Source of the DNA: Laetmonice hystrix
Lineage: Eukaryota
Reading direction: 5' to 3'
NCBI GenBank assembly: GCA_965235115.1
Contig: OZ249446.1
Span: 20,708,001 to 20,772,000 of the forward strand
Length of the DNA stretch: 64,000 bases
The translations under genes were made by a program, and so were the position numbers. The stretch's first letter is position 1. Each line of letters opens with the position of its first letter. Under the pieces are notes generated by a model. The model did no database searches, was not told the DNA's origin, and saw only the letters and a list, made by a program, of their open reading frames with translations. Shown here in pieces: positions 48,401 through 62,100 of this stretch.

Positions 48401-51400
48401 ACATAGACATTTACATCAAGTAGGCCTAACTCCAGATCGATCGGTCTGACAAATCAGCACAACCTAAAACTTTCACTGTTTTGATTGGCAAGCAAGCAGA
48501 ACCTGAAGCCCCCCCCCCCACACCCACCCACCCACCCACCCTCAAACTGGCGATGCGGGGCTCGCGTTATGACACTTCGATTGGCAGGTGTCCCCGAGTT
48601 TCTGGGGGATAGAAGGCAAATAGTGAGGTCAGCAAACAGTGGATTTAGCCAACTGAGTTTTGTAATACGCTCCTATGACACACCCACTCGATGCGCAGTA
48701 TGGAACTGAAAGGCGTGTATTATGACCACAATCATGGTTGTGACCTCAACCCGTCCGACAGCAGTCCTTTATGACTTGAGACATGTCACTTCGTTATTTA
48801 ACATCATGTTGACGTGATATTTTCGAGAAAACTGTTGGATCCCGGGCCTAATGTGACACAAGATCGCCACCTGAGAACTCTACCTTTCCGCTGTATCATC
48901 ATCAAGAAAAATGGACTAAATAAATTTACTTTTTCTGATCCTGAAGATCTCCAACGGTACTTCTTCCAACAGAACATAATGGAACGGAAAGCCTGTACCA
49001 TCATGATAATAGCTGGACTGGATAAATGAAAATACTTGTGACCCCCTAACGGTTGTCGACAAAACGTAAAACAAGCCAACACCACTCTCATCTCGGGGGA
49101 AGGGAGTACGCGCGGGAATTTATGAAACGGCCCCCAGGCACCCAGTGCGTGTCTACACCGTATTTTTTACAGGGTGGAGATAGACACTTGCTTGCGATAT
49201 GTGACCCTTGAAATACAACACGAGTACGTTCATAGGAATCATGCAGTGAGCCTCTTTTTTACGGGCAAAACATATGACATCCACATTTAAAAATATAGTC
49301 ATCAATATCCACACAAGTATAACAGAAAGACTTGAGCATTTCGGGGCAAATATTCCCCCAAACCTTAGGACATTGGTCGCCAAAATATATGTTGGCAGGA
49401 CTTTGAAACCTATGGGAATGCGTGCTTTATCATTTATTATCACAAAATTAAATAACAAGAGATCAAATCATTTTGCTTATTTGCTGCTTTGCGAAAGTTC
49501 CGCTTCAGAAAGCTTTATCCGTGACAGCTCATGAGGTTAGCTTTGTCCCCATCAGAGGCTTTGTGGGGAAAACTGGCTTCACAGAAACAATACTCGCGTA
49601 TTGTGTACCACACAATACATATGATCCAAGATGTATCTTTTTGAGGTTAATGGAATGTTGTAGCGTGTCGTTTCTATCGAGTGATAAGTGCCAACGAACG
49701 GCGCCGTGCAGAAACAACACAAAAACTAGTTTTCAGTCTAACCATCCCCCTGGACCTGAAACACATTGTAGGACGGTGAGATTACGGTCATCGCCGAACA
49801 CAGTTCGTATTCCCAGAAATTGAGTCGCCAGAAGATGTCTTTATATCTGGCAATATTAGGGGCAAGGGACATATCTCAAACAGCCGTGGTAGTGTATATG
49901 AAGAATTCATATGCTACACTCCTATCAGTACTTTCCCCTAGGGATGTATTTGGACGATATCGTATACGGCATCAGTAAATAATAGAGCCATTCATGCACT
50001 ATGCTTCATAGGCATTTCGTTCGAACAACAGACTGAATTTACTTGCAATGTCGCACTGAAACAGCAACCGGAAACGCCGCGGATTTTATCTGGAGCAAGG
50101 CAACAGATGCCAGTAAAACTCAGCAACAATAACGGCAGCTGCTGGACTTGACTGCAACATACGAAAGGTTAACACAAAAAAAAAAAGTGAATCAGGTTGC
50201 GGTTGGCACTTCTGAATACCATTCATTGCTGTATGCGATGTATCACAACTTTTAAATTAATCTGCGCGTCAAAGCAAAATGACCTATATTTTAAAGTTGG
50301 TGCCCCATCGAAAGAGAACTCTCTGCTTATACTCCTTGCAGAGGTTGGAGAAAGTACAAAACTTACTCCAGAAGACATCGCCTTGACTGTATCAAACCAA
50401 TCTCGATAGCTTAGATACAAGATTCTGGTAGAGTTACCGCGTCACAGCTGTAGAGACTGAGCAAGATAAACGGACCATGTCTGTGGCACAGTGTATCCCA
50501 CACAGTTATGACGTAGTAGATTTGCTCTCTAAGTCGACATGTTATGTGGGAATGGAAACAAATGATATGAGCTCAAGGGCGCGTCCTCAGGGGCGTGCTA
50601 TACGAGTGGGAAGGATGATATAGCAGGCCATGAATACGAAAATTGATGTATAACACAGAATTGTAGAGGAGGGCAGGAATCTTTGATATGCCGAGTTACA
50701 CCACAAGGGCAATCACTGAGAGATATATTTACGTTATAGGTTACACCAGTGCAAGGCGTGCTCTAATAGTATATAATGCGGCTTGCTAGACCGATAGCCA
50801 TATACCTCTACACCTTAAGTCATCGTTATATTTGAATATCACGCCATCATGTTTCTGATATACTTGACCTTGTTTCATCAAGTGACCTTTTAGTCTCAGG
50901 TGCTGTATTAGTTGTGTTGTATTTCTAGGTATATCCAAGTCAACACTTTACCATACTAATAATAATCTACCTATCCTTTAGATCTAAGTCAAAAGCAATA
51001 TATAGTGTTAGTGGAGTTAGATATGGAAGTATTTCTGGGTACCCCAACCTTTGTTTGTTAGGCACTCAGGTGAACTGAGTCACAGTTTTATCCTGTATAT
51101 CATGTTCAATAGCATATCGACTACCTGCATTTCATTGCTCCCTAGGTTTTTGCCCCAGAAAAGAACAACTAAAAATGCAGCATCTAACGTTCGACAATGC
51201 ACCTGAACTTCAGTCCCATCCCCCAAAATCCATGCCGAACACGTCACCCCTGTGTGGAGTTCACATAGAGCTTCCAGCTTAGTTCATCAGTGCACGCCAT
51301 AATCTCTGAGTACAGTACATAAAGCAGGTGATGCGATGGCTTACCATTAGACATTGGTGATGATCATGCCAACTTTCACCACGCCACTATTGTCTGCGAT

Positions 51401-54067
51401 TGATGCCCATGACAATTGACCTAATGATTCTTTATCAGACGCCTACGTTTCTGATCCAGCGTCTATAGTGGCCTGAAACATCAGCTATTGGAACAACGTC
51501 GTGGACCACACATATAAAACCTGACCTAGAGGGGCATTTAAACTGTAGCAAAGAGAAATAAAAGACAAAGGGATTCTGACCAAGGCATTGTGAATAGAAT
51601 TGGGTGCTAGAATTCCCCTCGCATTTCCTGACCCATAGAGGCAGTGATTATCGATGTTAGCTCCGATGCCCCGGAACATTTTCCGGTTGGTATCATTAGT
51701 GGTGTCGTATTTAGGCGATTATCAGGGAGAAATGCATTGAACGTTGACGAATTCATGCATTTTTTAACACAGGACCCACAGCTATTGTGTATACCCAGGG
51801 AAAGCGTGTCTCAATCTAAGCGTTTTCTTGTTATATCGTCAACACTAAACACACATGCGAACTTAATACACACTTCTCGCGTTTCTTAACTCATTCCTTG
51901 AAAAGCTTGTTGACGCCCGAGAGAAAATGTGATGTGACTGGCTTACAAGAAGGAAGAAAAAGACACACAAACGTGGCGTGCCTCTTCTCGCATGTATATT
52001 TTGTTACAATATGTACTAACCTGCACCCGCCTCATATTGATAGTTGGTTACCGACATCTAAGAACCGAGTATATCAAAAGAACACCCGCATCAGAGATGG
52101 ATTCAGCAGTCAAGGCGAAGTTTTACACGCTTTCCTCAATATAATATAACTTATCTCTCAGGTCGAAAGGGGTCACATGTGCGGCTTTTAGAAAAAGGAC
52201 TTAATGGAATCTTTCATTTCTTTGTTCTTGTTTGGATGCGCATACGCTGATTTTCTTTACCTCCAAAATAGGCAGCTGATTCTGTTTCCGGTGAGGAAGG
52301 AAGAATTGTCTGCCATGGTATAGGTATATATTTTATATATATGGATCATTGGGATATGTCTGTCATGAGTAGGTACGCCATTGTACCTGCTACTTTTCAT
52401 ATTTCTTTTTTTTCATAATGAATCGACCAACTGCTGTCTGCTGTTGTAAGCGCTGCAGGAACTACAGATGTCAATTTAGACAAGCACGCGGCAAGGGACA
52501 ATATCCTCGCAAAGCACCAATTTAGAATACGATTTGACCTCGAATTCTCTTTCATTCCTGGTGGAATCCGCCAGATTCAATTGCTTATGTCTGAGGTTAC
52601 AACCTAATGTGATTCCATCGCCATTTCTGCGCGGATGGTTAAACTTAAACACGTGTTTGAGTCGCGGATTTACAAACGCGCGACAGTCTGGGCGGCGAAG
52701 GAACGGTAAATAAGTCGGCAGTTGTGTATGATGAGGCACGCGGCTCAAAACGCATAAGCTAATTTGTTGCTGTCAAATCTGATGGAAACCATTGCAGTGA
52801 TGTCGGCTGCCGGTTCGCAATCTATCAGTCGATCGCATCAGCCGCTGTCGTGTTTGGACAATGTATTGAATGGCGGAGACGGCGGTAGTTTGAGCAGGAG
52901 CCATTGGATGGAACAGGGCCGGTCCTGTAACTCTCCCTCTCTACCCCACCTCTCTCTCTCTCATCCCCTTTTTTCTCTTTCTCTCTGTATTCCCTCGGAC
53001 ACTCAGAGAAAGACACTCTGGCTCAGCGCATTTCAAACCTCTTGTATCTTCCCCAACAATCAATGCTATAATCAAACATTGTCGGCTGGGCTGAGTGTAT
53101 GTCCACTTCATGCCAGTCAGCAGGTTTGGCGGCCTGGAGGGGGGAGTGGGGGGGGGGGGGCTTGAACATCGATATGTGCCGAGACATCATCACCTCCCAG
53201 CCTGCATGACAAATCGCAACAAGTCTGAATCAATGTCACGCCCCAATGAACATCCATCACTCGAAACTAAAAGTTGCCCATCGGTTTTTTTTTACCCGGC
53301 GTCCTCATCCCCACGTCCGTACCCCATTCCCACTGATTGTGAAGGACCGCATTGAACAAGGTAACTCTATTACTGGGCCGATTCCTGTCTCCGACACCTG
53401 ACAGACGCTGCTGTAGGCAGCTGGCAATGAACCCCGTTTCACGGGAGTACTTCAAAAGAAAGAATTGAGCTGATCATCAGAATAAATACGCTTAATGTAG
53501 GAAAGGCCTGGGAGATGACTTGACTTTCCCTCCGCCCCCGAATGCTGCCTGCTGGCGAACGATCGGATGGGCCTTTTGAAAATGGCTTCGGACATACAAG
53601 TCCATCAGGAGTCGGACAGCCGGCTTAGAAATCACGGCAAATACTGTCGACATAAGAAGAAATCGATCAGCGAAATGAAAGCTACTTTTGAAAACACAGA
53701 GAGTGTGTTTTCAAACGTCGTGATGCCATCAAGGGACTTAAAGGCACATACGCACGCGGTGTAGAGGCGGGAGCTATTTTAGAATTCTGACGCTCTATAG
53801 AAAAGGTGTTTAAGCGTCTACAGTAACGTTATAGGGAAGTAGGCCAGCGAACCATTGGCTTTCAGGAATTCTCTCATTGTGTGTATAGATAAATCTGACT
53901 CGCTGGCATCGTATATATGTTTATATATATGTCATTAGTACCAACAATGAAGCCATTCGCTATGCCTCATGCATGCCTGTGTGTTATTACAAACCATCAC
54001 TGTTTGTATCTGTGTATTAAAACGGCAGATCCTCGTGGTAACTTTACGGTTACAGCTCCACGGAATT

Positions 54068-54828
54068 CCGTATCCCTATACCCGTACCCTGGGACCCCAG
54101 ACCTCCCCCTGAAACTTGTCCTTAGCCCTGCCCATAGTCCTAACCCGTACCCTGGGACCCCAGACCTCCCCCTGAAACTTGTCCTTAGCCCTGCCCATAG
54201 TCCTAACCCGTACCCTGGGACCCCAGACCTCCCCCTGAAACTTGTCCTTAGCCCTGCCCATAGTCCTAACCCGTACCCTGGGACCCCAGACCTCCCCCTG
54301 AAACTTGTCCTTAGCCCTGTCCCTGTCCCTAACCCGTACCCTGGGACCCCAGACCTCCCCCTGAAACTTGTCCTTAGCCCTGCCCCTAGTCCTAACCCGT
54401 ACCCTGGGACCCCAGACCTCCCCCTGAAACTTGTCCTTAGCCCTATCCCTGTCCTTCACCCGTACCCTGGGACCTCCCCCTGAAACTTGTCCTTAGCCCT
54501 GCCCCTAGTCCTAACCCGTACCCTGGAACCTCAAACCTCCCCCTGAAACTTGTCCTTAGCCCTGCCCATAGTCCTAACCCGTACCCTGGGACCTCAAACC
54601 TCCCCCTGAAACATGTCCTTAGCCCTGCCCCTAGTCCTAACCCGTACCCTGGGACCTCAAACCTCCCCCTAAAACTTGTCCTTAGCCCTGCCCATAGTCC
54701 TAACCCGTACTCTTGGGCCCTAGTCCTCCCCTAAAACTTGTCCTACTATCCCTATCCCTGTCCCTAACCCCTATCCCTGTCCATAATCCATATCCCTGTC
54801 CCCTATCCCTGTCCTAACCCGTACCCTC
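54068..54828. repeat. Minisatellite, 63-bp unit, ~10 copies, decaying into CCCTAT/CCCTGT hexamers
   Basis: Unit CCCGTACCCTGGGACCCCAGACCTCCCCCTGAAACTTGTCCTTAGCCCTGCCCATAGTCCTAA. Confidence 0.95.
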
Positions 54829-56379
54829 ACGGAAATGGTACCATGACGAAATAACCATTAAACAGAGCTTTTAACAAAAGGCTTTGATAAATTCCTCAGC
54901 TATAACAAACACGCAACATACATCCCTAAAGCCACCGGCGAGGCGTTAGCCCATGAGGCATTCATGGTTTATTCAAGGTTGACGTCTGAAATAAACTATT
55001 ATATCAGTCTATGTAAGCGTCATGCATTATCGAAGGCTTACTGTCTAATACCACATTCATTAACCGACATAAATTCATTTGTTTGTTCCTCATTACATGT
55101 GTTTCGATTAGTCATGGTACATTGTACGTCGCTTGCTGCAGGATTGAGGCCAGAAATTGTGGCGCACTGGACACACCTGTAAAAGATCATCTGTTACCTG
55201 TAACAAAACTTCCGTTAACATAGATGGCTTCACCTTCTTGTATATCGAACCACCCGCATCTCTGTGACCAGCACAATTATTAGAGCCTTTTTTGTGTTGA
55301 CATCAAGCCTTGGATCACCCTATACCTTTTGATGATGCGTTCTGTGTGGGGTGGGGTGGGGTAGGGATGGGGGTAGGCGAGGGGTCAGATGTCATCCCCA
55401 CCCCCTGCCTCACCTCGCCGGCGGCGTTACATCTTGACCTATAGTCATAGCTCTCCTCCATGGTAAGCCTCCCATGACATTGAAGGCAGGGGATAAGGGA
55501 TTATGGCGTTCGGCTTATGACTACGGACAGTGATAGATTATTGTTTTTATTCGCGCCAATTTCCGTAACGATGATGCCATGGAGGCGACTCCTACCCTGT
55601 CCTTTATCTTCATGGGTCTCTACACAGACTCCAGCGTTACTTGATATAGGTTGGCATGGAACCAGACACCCTGGACAAGTCTGACCCTTGTCCCCCGTAC
55701 CACACACCCTCACGCTCAAATTATAGGTCGATTACCTTTCAAACGATTCAAGGGGTATTACTTGAAAAAGGATGGTTACTCAATTTGACAGCACGAGTTC
55801 AAACACGAGTGGGATGAGGTAAATGTCGCGGATCAAATGATATGTGAGGAAATTCATAAACATTTCTAAAATACATTGATGACGCCTTGATTATAACAAT
55901 TCACAGTTAATTTTATTTCATCACTGATTGGTTATTTTATTACATGTATCCCTGATGCAGGTTATCGTTGGCTTCAGGAAAGCTCTTGTAAAACGCACAG
56001 ATGGCGTGTGATTGTGGACCACAACTTACATGGTATTCACATGGAGATTAACATTTGTGATTTATTACATTCTTCATAATTACACCCCTGTAAATCGAGA
56101 TTATCGTAATTATCTTGTAGCCAGATATATATTGAAGGCTTCAGTGGGTGAGCTGAAGTCTATTCTCATTGGCTGAGCGTATGAACCTGAACTGGGACTG
56201 ATACCCGAGGCGAAGGGGGAGGGGGTCAGAGATCAGACCAAGGTGCGGCGGGGTAGGGGTGGGGGTGGGGATGGGGGGCTCAAACGACCGCCCCAGGATC
56301 AGAGTTGAGAGTACCTCTCCACCTCACAACTCTAATGGATCAGAGTGGGGTTCCAACAGTCGGGTATGTGGATAGATCT

Positions 56380-56670
56380 GTTAGGTTCGGATAGGGCAAT
56401 GGACACGCTAGGTTCGGATAGGGTCAATGAAGTAGGTCTATGGACACGCTGTATGTACAGACAGGGTCAATGAAGTAGGTCCATGGACACGCTATAGGTA
56501 CATATAGGGTCAATGAAGTAGGTCTATGGACACGCTATAGGTACAGATAGGGTCAATGAAGTAGGTATATGGACACGCTGTATGTACAGACAGGGTCAGT
56601 GAAGTAGGTCTATGGACACGCTATAGGTACAGATAGGGTCAATGAAGTAGGTATATGAACACGCTAGGTA
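56380..56670. repeat. Minisatellite, 43-bp unit, ~6.5 copies
   Basis: Unit GGACACGCTATAGGTACAGATAGGGTCAATGAAGTAGGTCTAT (starts at 56442, 56485, ...). Confidence 0.92.
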
Positions 56671-56921
56671 TATTCTAGGAATGGTTGGGTGTGTATTGAC
56701 AGCCTAGGAAGCCTATATTATTAGTGGATAATGAATGACGGCGCGAGATAAAGACGATGTTATTACTTGATAATAATCGTTGGCGACGTCGCACAGCGCA
56801 CAGTCAGCGACATCGCCGACTGAAGTTGCCGAGATTGCCCGGCGATCTCCCTTCCAAAAACTATACGGCTAGTCACCAAGTATAGGAGGCGCTACAATAT
56901 AGAATGTTATCTATGCCTTAC

Positions 56922-56961
56922 CATTCGGAACTGTTCGACCATTTCCGTCGGTTTCCGCCAT
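56922..56961 (-). CDS. Candidate first coding exon of an unidentified gene (MAETDGNGRTVPN, phase-1 donor)
   Basis: Minus strand ctaATGGCGGAA ... AATG|GTAAGG; a YY1/ETS promoter-like island lies ~300 bp upstream. Confidence 0.4.
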
Positions 56962-57254
56962 TAGAGACATCAACTTACACGGGATGGGTGCTATGTTTAT
57001 GGCCAATTTAACTGTGACCAATGTGACGGAGGCAGCAGTAAATGGACTATACGACCGATTGGAGATATAAGCCTAGTCCTGGCGTTTGCATCGTGCTGGT
57101 TTCTGTGTCGTTTTAAGAAATTTCACCTCGCATGTTAATTGAAATGTCGAAGGGGATAGGCCCTAAATACTAGATTTCTGATCTTTTTACTTTGATATTG
57201 TCTTGAACGGCGCTGGAAACGAAGTAAACAATATTTAACACGCGGTTCTGTGTG

Positions 57255-57360
57255 GGTTTGTTTACGTCGCCATCTTGGAAACGGAAATTGTCCGGAAGAT
57301 GGTGTTGATAGGGGTTTTATTTTTTTAATGACGGAACCTGACGGAAATGACCGAGGAGTC
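57255..57360. promoter_or_regulatory. Housekeeping-type promoter-like island
   Basis: CGCCATCTT (YY1) 57268-57276, CCGGAAG (ETS) 57292-57298, further CGGAA motifs at 57282, 57332 and 57342. Confidence 0.45.
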
Positions 57361-58924
57361 CTGAATGAGGGTTGTTGGCAGACCTTTTGGGGGGATTTGT
57401 CCAGGTAAAATATTCCTTTTTCTTTGGAATATTTTTTACCAAAAGACAGGTACAACAATTTGTTTAAAGCATGGCAACAGACCAAAACTTATTCCCTGAC
57501 GGTTAATACATAGTATTATTAGTTAGAGTTAGTTATGTGTTAAGTAGTAAGTAGTAGTTGGTTTTTGTCATCTGTTACAAACATTGCCACTAACGGAAGT
57601 ACACACACGGAAAAGCAAAAGCGTCATGTGCACATTATACATTCATTACTCGTCCTCGTCTCACGTTTGCTGTTCAAAACGGCTCGTTCAGTTTAACTTC
57701 TCACCGAGGACCGAACGAAACCTAATGAAATTGTTTTTTTTATCATACCAGGCAGAATGTTGTTTTGACAAAAGATAATGTGTCTTTGTTCCCTTTTTGT
57801 TGCTTTGATCAGGAGGTGAGATGGTTCACCATTTAGCTCCAACTCAAGTCCCTCTTTAAAATGGTTCCCCGCAGATTTTCCTGGCTTCTTTAAACCACTG
57901 CCAACCATGTTAGTAATCAATTAATGAGTTTAAGCTTTCCCCCTTCTTTCTTTCTTTCACGTTTTAAATGTTAACCTTTTTGCGCTGTTGGGCCCCTAAT
58001 CAGTTCACTTAAAATGAAAAGCTATTTCCCAAGCAGACCTAGGAATCATCAACTTTTTATCTTGAACTGGAAACATTATTCCTCACGCAAGGACCTCGGT
58101 TGATTTCAGGCGACCTATTACGACTTTAAATTCCACGTTTGAACTAATATTGAATTCTCCATAGAATGTCAACGGTTAAGCTACCTTAAAGGTATTTTCT
58201 TTATGTCCAACAAAACTAATTCCAACTTGCTTGCATTGAGCAATAGTTAAGTAATGTGAAAAATTCCACTGTAAATCCATTACGTATTTTAGGTTTGCCT
58301 TAATTGCATGCCCCAATCAGAGGGCGGAAACATTGTGATGTGGCTGGCCGAAGTGCATCCTTTAAGGACTTATAATGTGTCAATATTAGCTGGAGGTTGG
58401 TTCGGATTGAAAAAGCACCTCCCCAACGGTCGGGTTTATTCATGTCCGGAGGGCAAGGATCGTTGAGAGAACGTCAACATATTTGAACTCCGGAGATTTC
58501 TTATTAAGATCAGTGGGCGATTTGATGGCGTCTCAGTCGATGAAGATGTCATTTCAAGTTGCAAATGGCTCTTGTTAGTCGCATGCAAGCGGCAGCAACG
58601 AGAACCAATACTCAAACTGAACTATTTGATTAATGCCACCGAGTTCTCCGCCGACTATAAACATAACACGCTATTTGTCGCGTCGTTAGTGTTTAGATTT
58701 ATGTTACTTGAGAAAGCGTCTTAACCGACTAATCTATTTCTCACGGAAATCATGCAGTGATTCTGCAGGAATCCGGGCGGATGCGGAACAGTGTTGTCTG
58801 AGCGTTCAATAAAACATGATCGGTAGAGGTTGGTTCAACTTATCACGCAATGACATTATCAACAGATGATCAGCAGGCAGGTGCTTTATAATTGAACGTA
58901 ACCGACACGCGATGGCTGAAACGG

Positions 58925-59170
58925 TAGCCTGGTCCCGGCCAGTTTTAATGACTACGTCTTATCGCCGGCCAAAGTAATGATACCATACTTCATGAAGTGC
59001 CGGCGGGGCAGTTCACCCCCCTCAGGTCGCTGGCATACGGATCTTTCATGTCAGGAAATCGAGTGCGCATCGCAGACTTCACAAAGACAACGACGTGAGA
59101 TTGAACCAACGCCCAGAACCTGTTTGACGTACGCTGCCTCCGTCGGGAGATGTCCAGCTGTGCCCATTTC
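58925..59170 (-). mobile_element. Decayed SINE-like fragment
   Basis: Minus strand has a B-box-like GGTTCAATCTC and a downstream GATAAGACGT motif; A box not convincing. Confidence 0.25.
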
Positions 59171-62100
59171 TTGCAGCTGTTTTAATGGAGACACAGGGAT
59201 CGATTAGAAATCGGTGGTGGCTCACTGGTTGTAAGAAGAAGAAGGAGAAAAAGAACTAGAGTTGTATACATGGATGACGATGTCCTTGAGTCGACCTCGT
59301 GCGAGTTCTCTCAGAACAGAATCAGGTCATAGTAACGAGGAAGAAGCCGAGATCACAGCAAAAACTCCCTTTTACATATAATTGATCCACTTTGACATAT
59401 ATCTACCTGCATGTGGAAGCAGGCGTTTCCCACGGACCATGGCCAACTGGTTGAGGAGATGAGCCTGGGTGTAGGCAGATGGTGAATATGTAGAGGGAGG
59501 ACTCAGCCGATGACAACAAGCCACTGTTCTGCATCAACTGATCCACTATGCCTTCGCTTCTACAATCATCGCCCCATGACAAACGACTGCAGGTGCTCTG
59601 GTTGATATCAAGTGGACAGGCACAATTTGGGGGAGCGATAGGTGCAGTTCTGACTGAATACACACCGACAGGAGGAGCCACTCTCCAGGCCGGGGCGTCG
59701 AGTGTAAGGGGGAGGGGGCGCCGTCGACGAAGTGCTAGTAAAAAAAAGTGCCAAGCTAACCGCACAGACCTGCTCCTCTTTGTTGACTTGGTGCAGATCA
59801 CTTAGGGACGACACCGGGTTCTCCACCAATTCTTCCTCTGATGGTAAAGGTCCTACCGTTTACTCCACAGATATAATATTAGCCACCGCCGCTTCCAGGA
59901 CAGGCCTGGCCGGGGAATCGATGCGGCTAGGGCCCAAGTAATCAGCGCCCGCTAATGTTGCATTATGGGTGGATAGGGTAATCATGGGGCCGCTTCCTGT
60001 CAACTGTAGAGCGGGATGCGACTGTACTTTGTCGGATTGTAGCGCCACTGTTGGCCGTTTAGCCTTTGACGTCGAGAGCCTGGGGGTGGGGGAGGGGGTG
60101 GGGGTGGGGGAGACGCCTCCGGTGTAGACACTCTGAGGGGAGGAATCTATGTGGCGTTTGTCTTTCTCTTATGACCTCTAATTACCTCTGATTGCTTAGA
60201 GCCCAATAACCGAACCATGTTAGTAACGCATATTACATTACGGAAAGAACCTAGTTGGATAACATGCGTCAGAATTGTCTTTTCGAAATTGGAAAAACAT
60301 AGCAGCCAATGGAACATACTGTGCTATGTGAACTTAGACATGTGTCTCTTAACCATAATGCTTAGCTAAGCATAGAGACGTTGATAGCAATGGTGATTTA
60401 TTTTACATTTTCTACATTTCCTCTAATAGTATCTCGTGTGATGATGTTATCCTATCTTCGATTCACAATGTTTACGATCAGCGATACCCAATATGACCTG
60501 AAGCGATAAGTCTGGGACGGCAGAATCCAGTGACAAACAAATTCACTTTGATTTCCTCGGCACAGTTGATGTCCTAGTAACCCGCCTAGTTGTCCCATTC
60601 ATGTTTTTGTCGTCTTCGTTCAGGATGATGAGCCTTGCTATCAGCTCAGCTCGGACACAGCAGGCCTCGGGCTCCGATCTTGTGAGATAGAGAAATCTCC
60701 CTGGGGGCAAGCATTCTCAAACGTTTGTCAACTCAAAGCTATTTAATGCGGAGTGTTTTGCGGAACGCAGTCAAAAGCCTACGATATTGCGAGGAGGAGG
60801 GCGGGGGGCCTTGGAAAGATAAGCACTGCCTCATGCAAGCTTACAATATCGAGATTGTCAACTCTAAGTCGGTTGGAATGAAAGTCAGCGCGCTTTACGC
60901 GCTAAAATAAAAGGCGACTTTTTTCTGTCTCTTTGACTTGCAGAAGGTGATTAGGATTTGCGAAATCCAGATTAAAGCCATGGAGAAAAGAGAATGATTA
61001 TGTAGAGTAAAGGAGACAGAATGTTAACACACAAGTAGGATTTGCGTCAAGCTGTGCAATATTCTCAGTGGTAAGCCAAGTCTGACAGTCAAAGTGGGTG
61101 TGGTTATTATTAAGTGAACTACTGTTCGAATCCAGTCTTGGTGTGACTTGCTGAATCTTCCATACACGAGGATGAGAGGCACCCCCATGAAAGTTTAGTA
61201 TATGACATTTACAAGGATCCTTCACATCATTTGACTACGTTGGCCACAGACATACGTAACACGCCCTCTAGTCACTAAGAGGTTATCCACATAGATTATA
61301 TCAGAAACATGTAACAAAGTCCTGTGGTACTTCTAGTCTATAAGGTAGTATTGGGGTTGTTTCTGCGGTCATCTCTAGCCCGGAGATATTTCCTCCCCGT
61401 TTAATACGCAATAAACCAGAGTAAGTTTGCCTTAGGTTAGGAGGAGTCGTAACTTACGTCACCCCCTGACCACAACTGAGGACGAGTGCCCTCCAAGTTC
61501 GGACACAGTCCTAATGGTTGCCACACAACACAAACACAAAAGAATGATACAGACTACCAGATCGATGCGAGTTAAGAGTTTGAATAGCGGGTGCAGCCGC
61601 TGTGCTACTCGTTTTATGGCGTGCCACAAAAACTAAACGTTCCGAGGTGTGGTGAAAATGGACGCATTAGGATATTACGGTGAAACACGCAAGGTGGTTG
61701 TCCTACCGGTGAAGTATCACTGAAAACGATTGTGGTAATGCTTTGGAAAAACCATTAACGTCAAAAAGGTTTATACTCACATGGCGTATTAAACGATTAG
61801 AGATGTTTATGTAGGGTTTAGAGCGTTTTAAATTTCCTAGTTTTGCTTTATTCCCGCCAAGGGCCGCTTGTTTTGATATCACCCTGCCAGGAAATCAACG
61901 CTTCTCGTACCTGATAACATGACGATATCAAACAGGACTATGGCAGATTGATTTAGGTGTCCATACCATGTGCGTCAGAATATTGGCGGTCGGTAATCTC
62001 GTTGCTTTTCGGGACCCGAGTGCCAGCGAATATCGTAGTTTTCTTCAGAAAGATTTAGAATAAATTGTACGAAGTACAACATCGCAATGCCTTATTTCGT

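Noticed and set aside
48814-49029. LINE ORF1-like C-terminus (FTFSDPEDLQRYF)
   Set aside because: Similarity covers about ten residues and no endonuclease or reverse-transcriptase remnant follows.
52258-52318. Start of a second ABCC gene on the minus strand (MADNSSFLTGNRISCLFW)
   Set aside because: Faint resemblance to the ABCC lasso motif, but no Walker A, signature or Walker B exons were found downstream on that strand.
53917-54483. 188-aa Pro-rich ORF and opposite-strand Arg-rich ORF
   Set aside because: They are translations of the 63-bp array.
54720-54828. True telomere or interstitial telomeric repeat
   Set aside because: Only isolated CCCTAA/CCTAAC hexamers among CCCTAT/CCCTGT variants; no run of canonical repeats.
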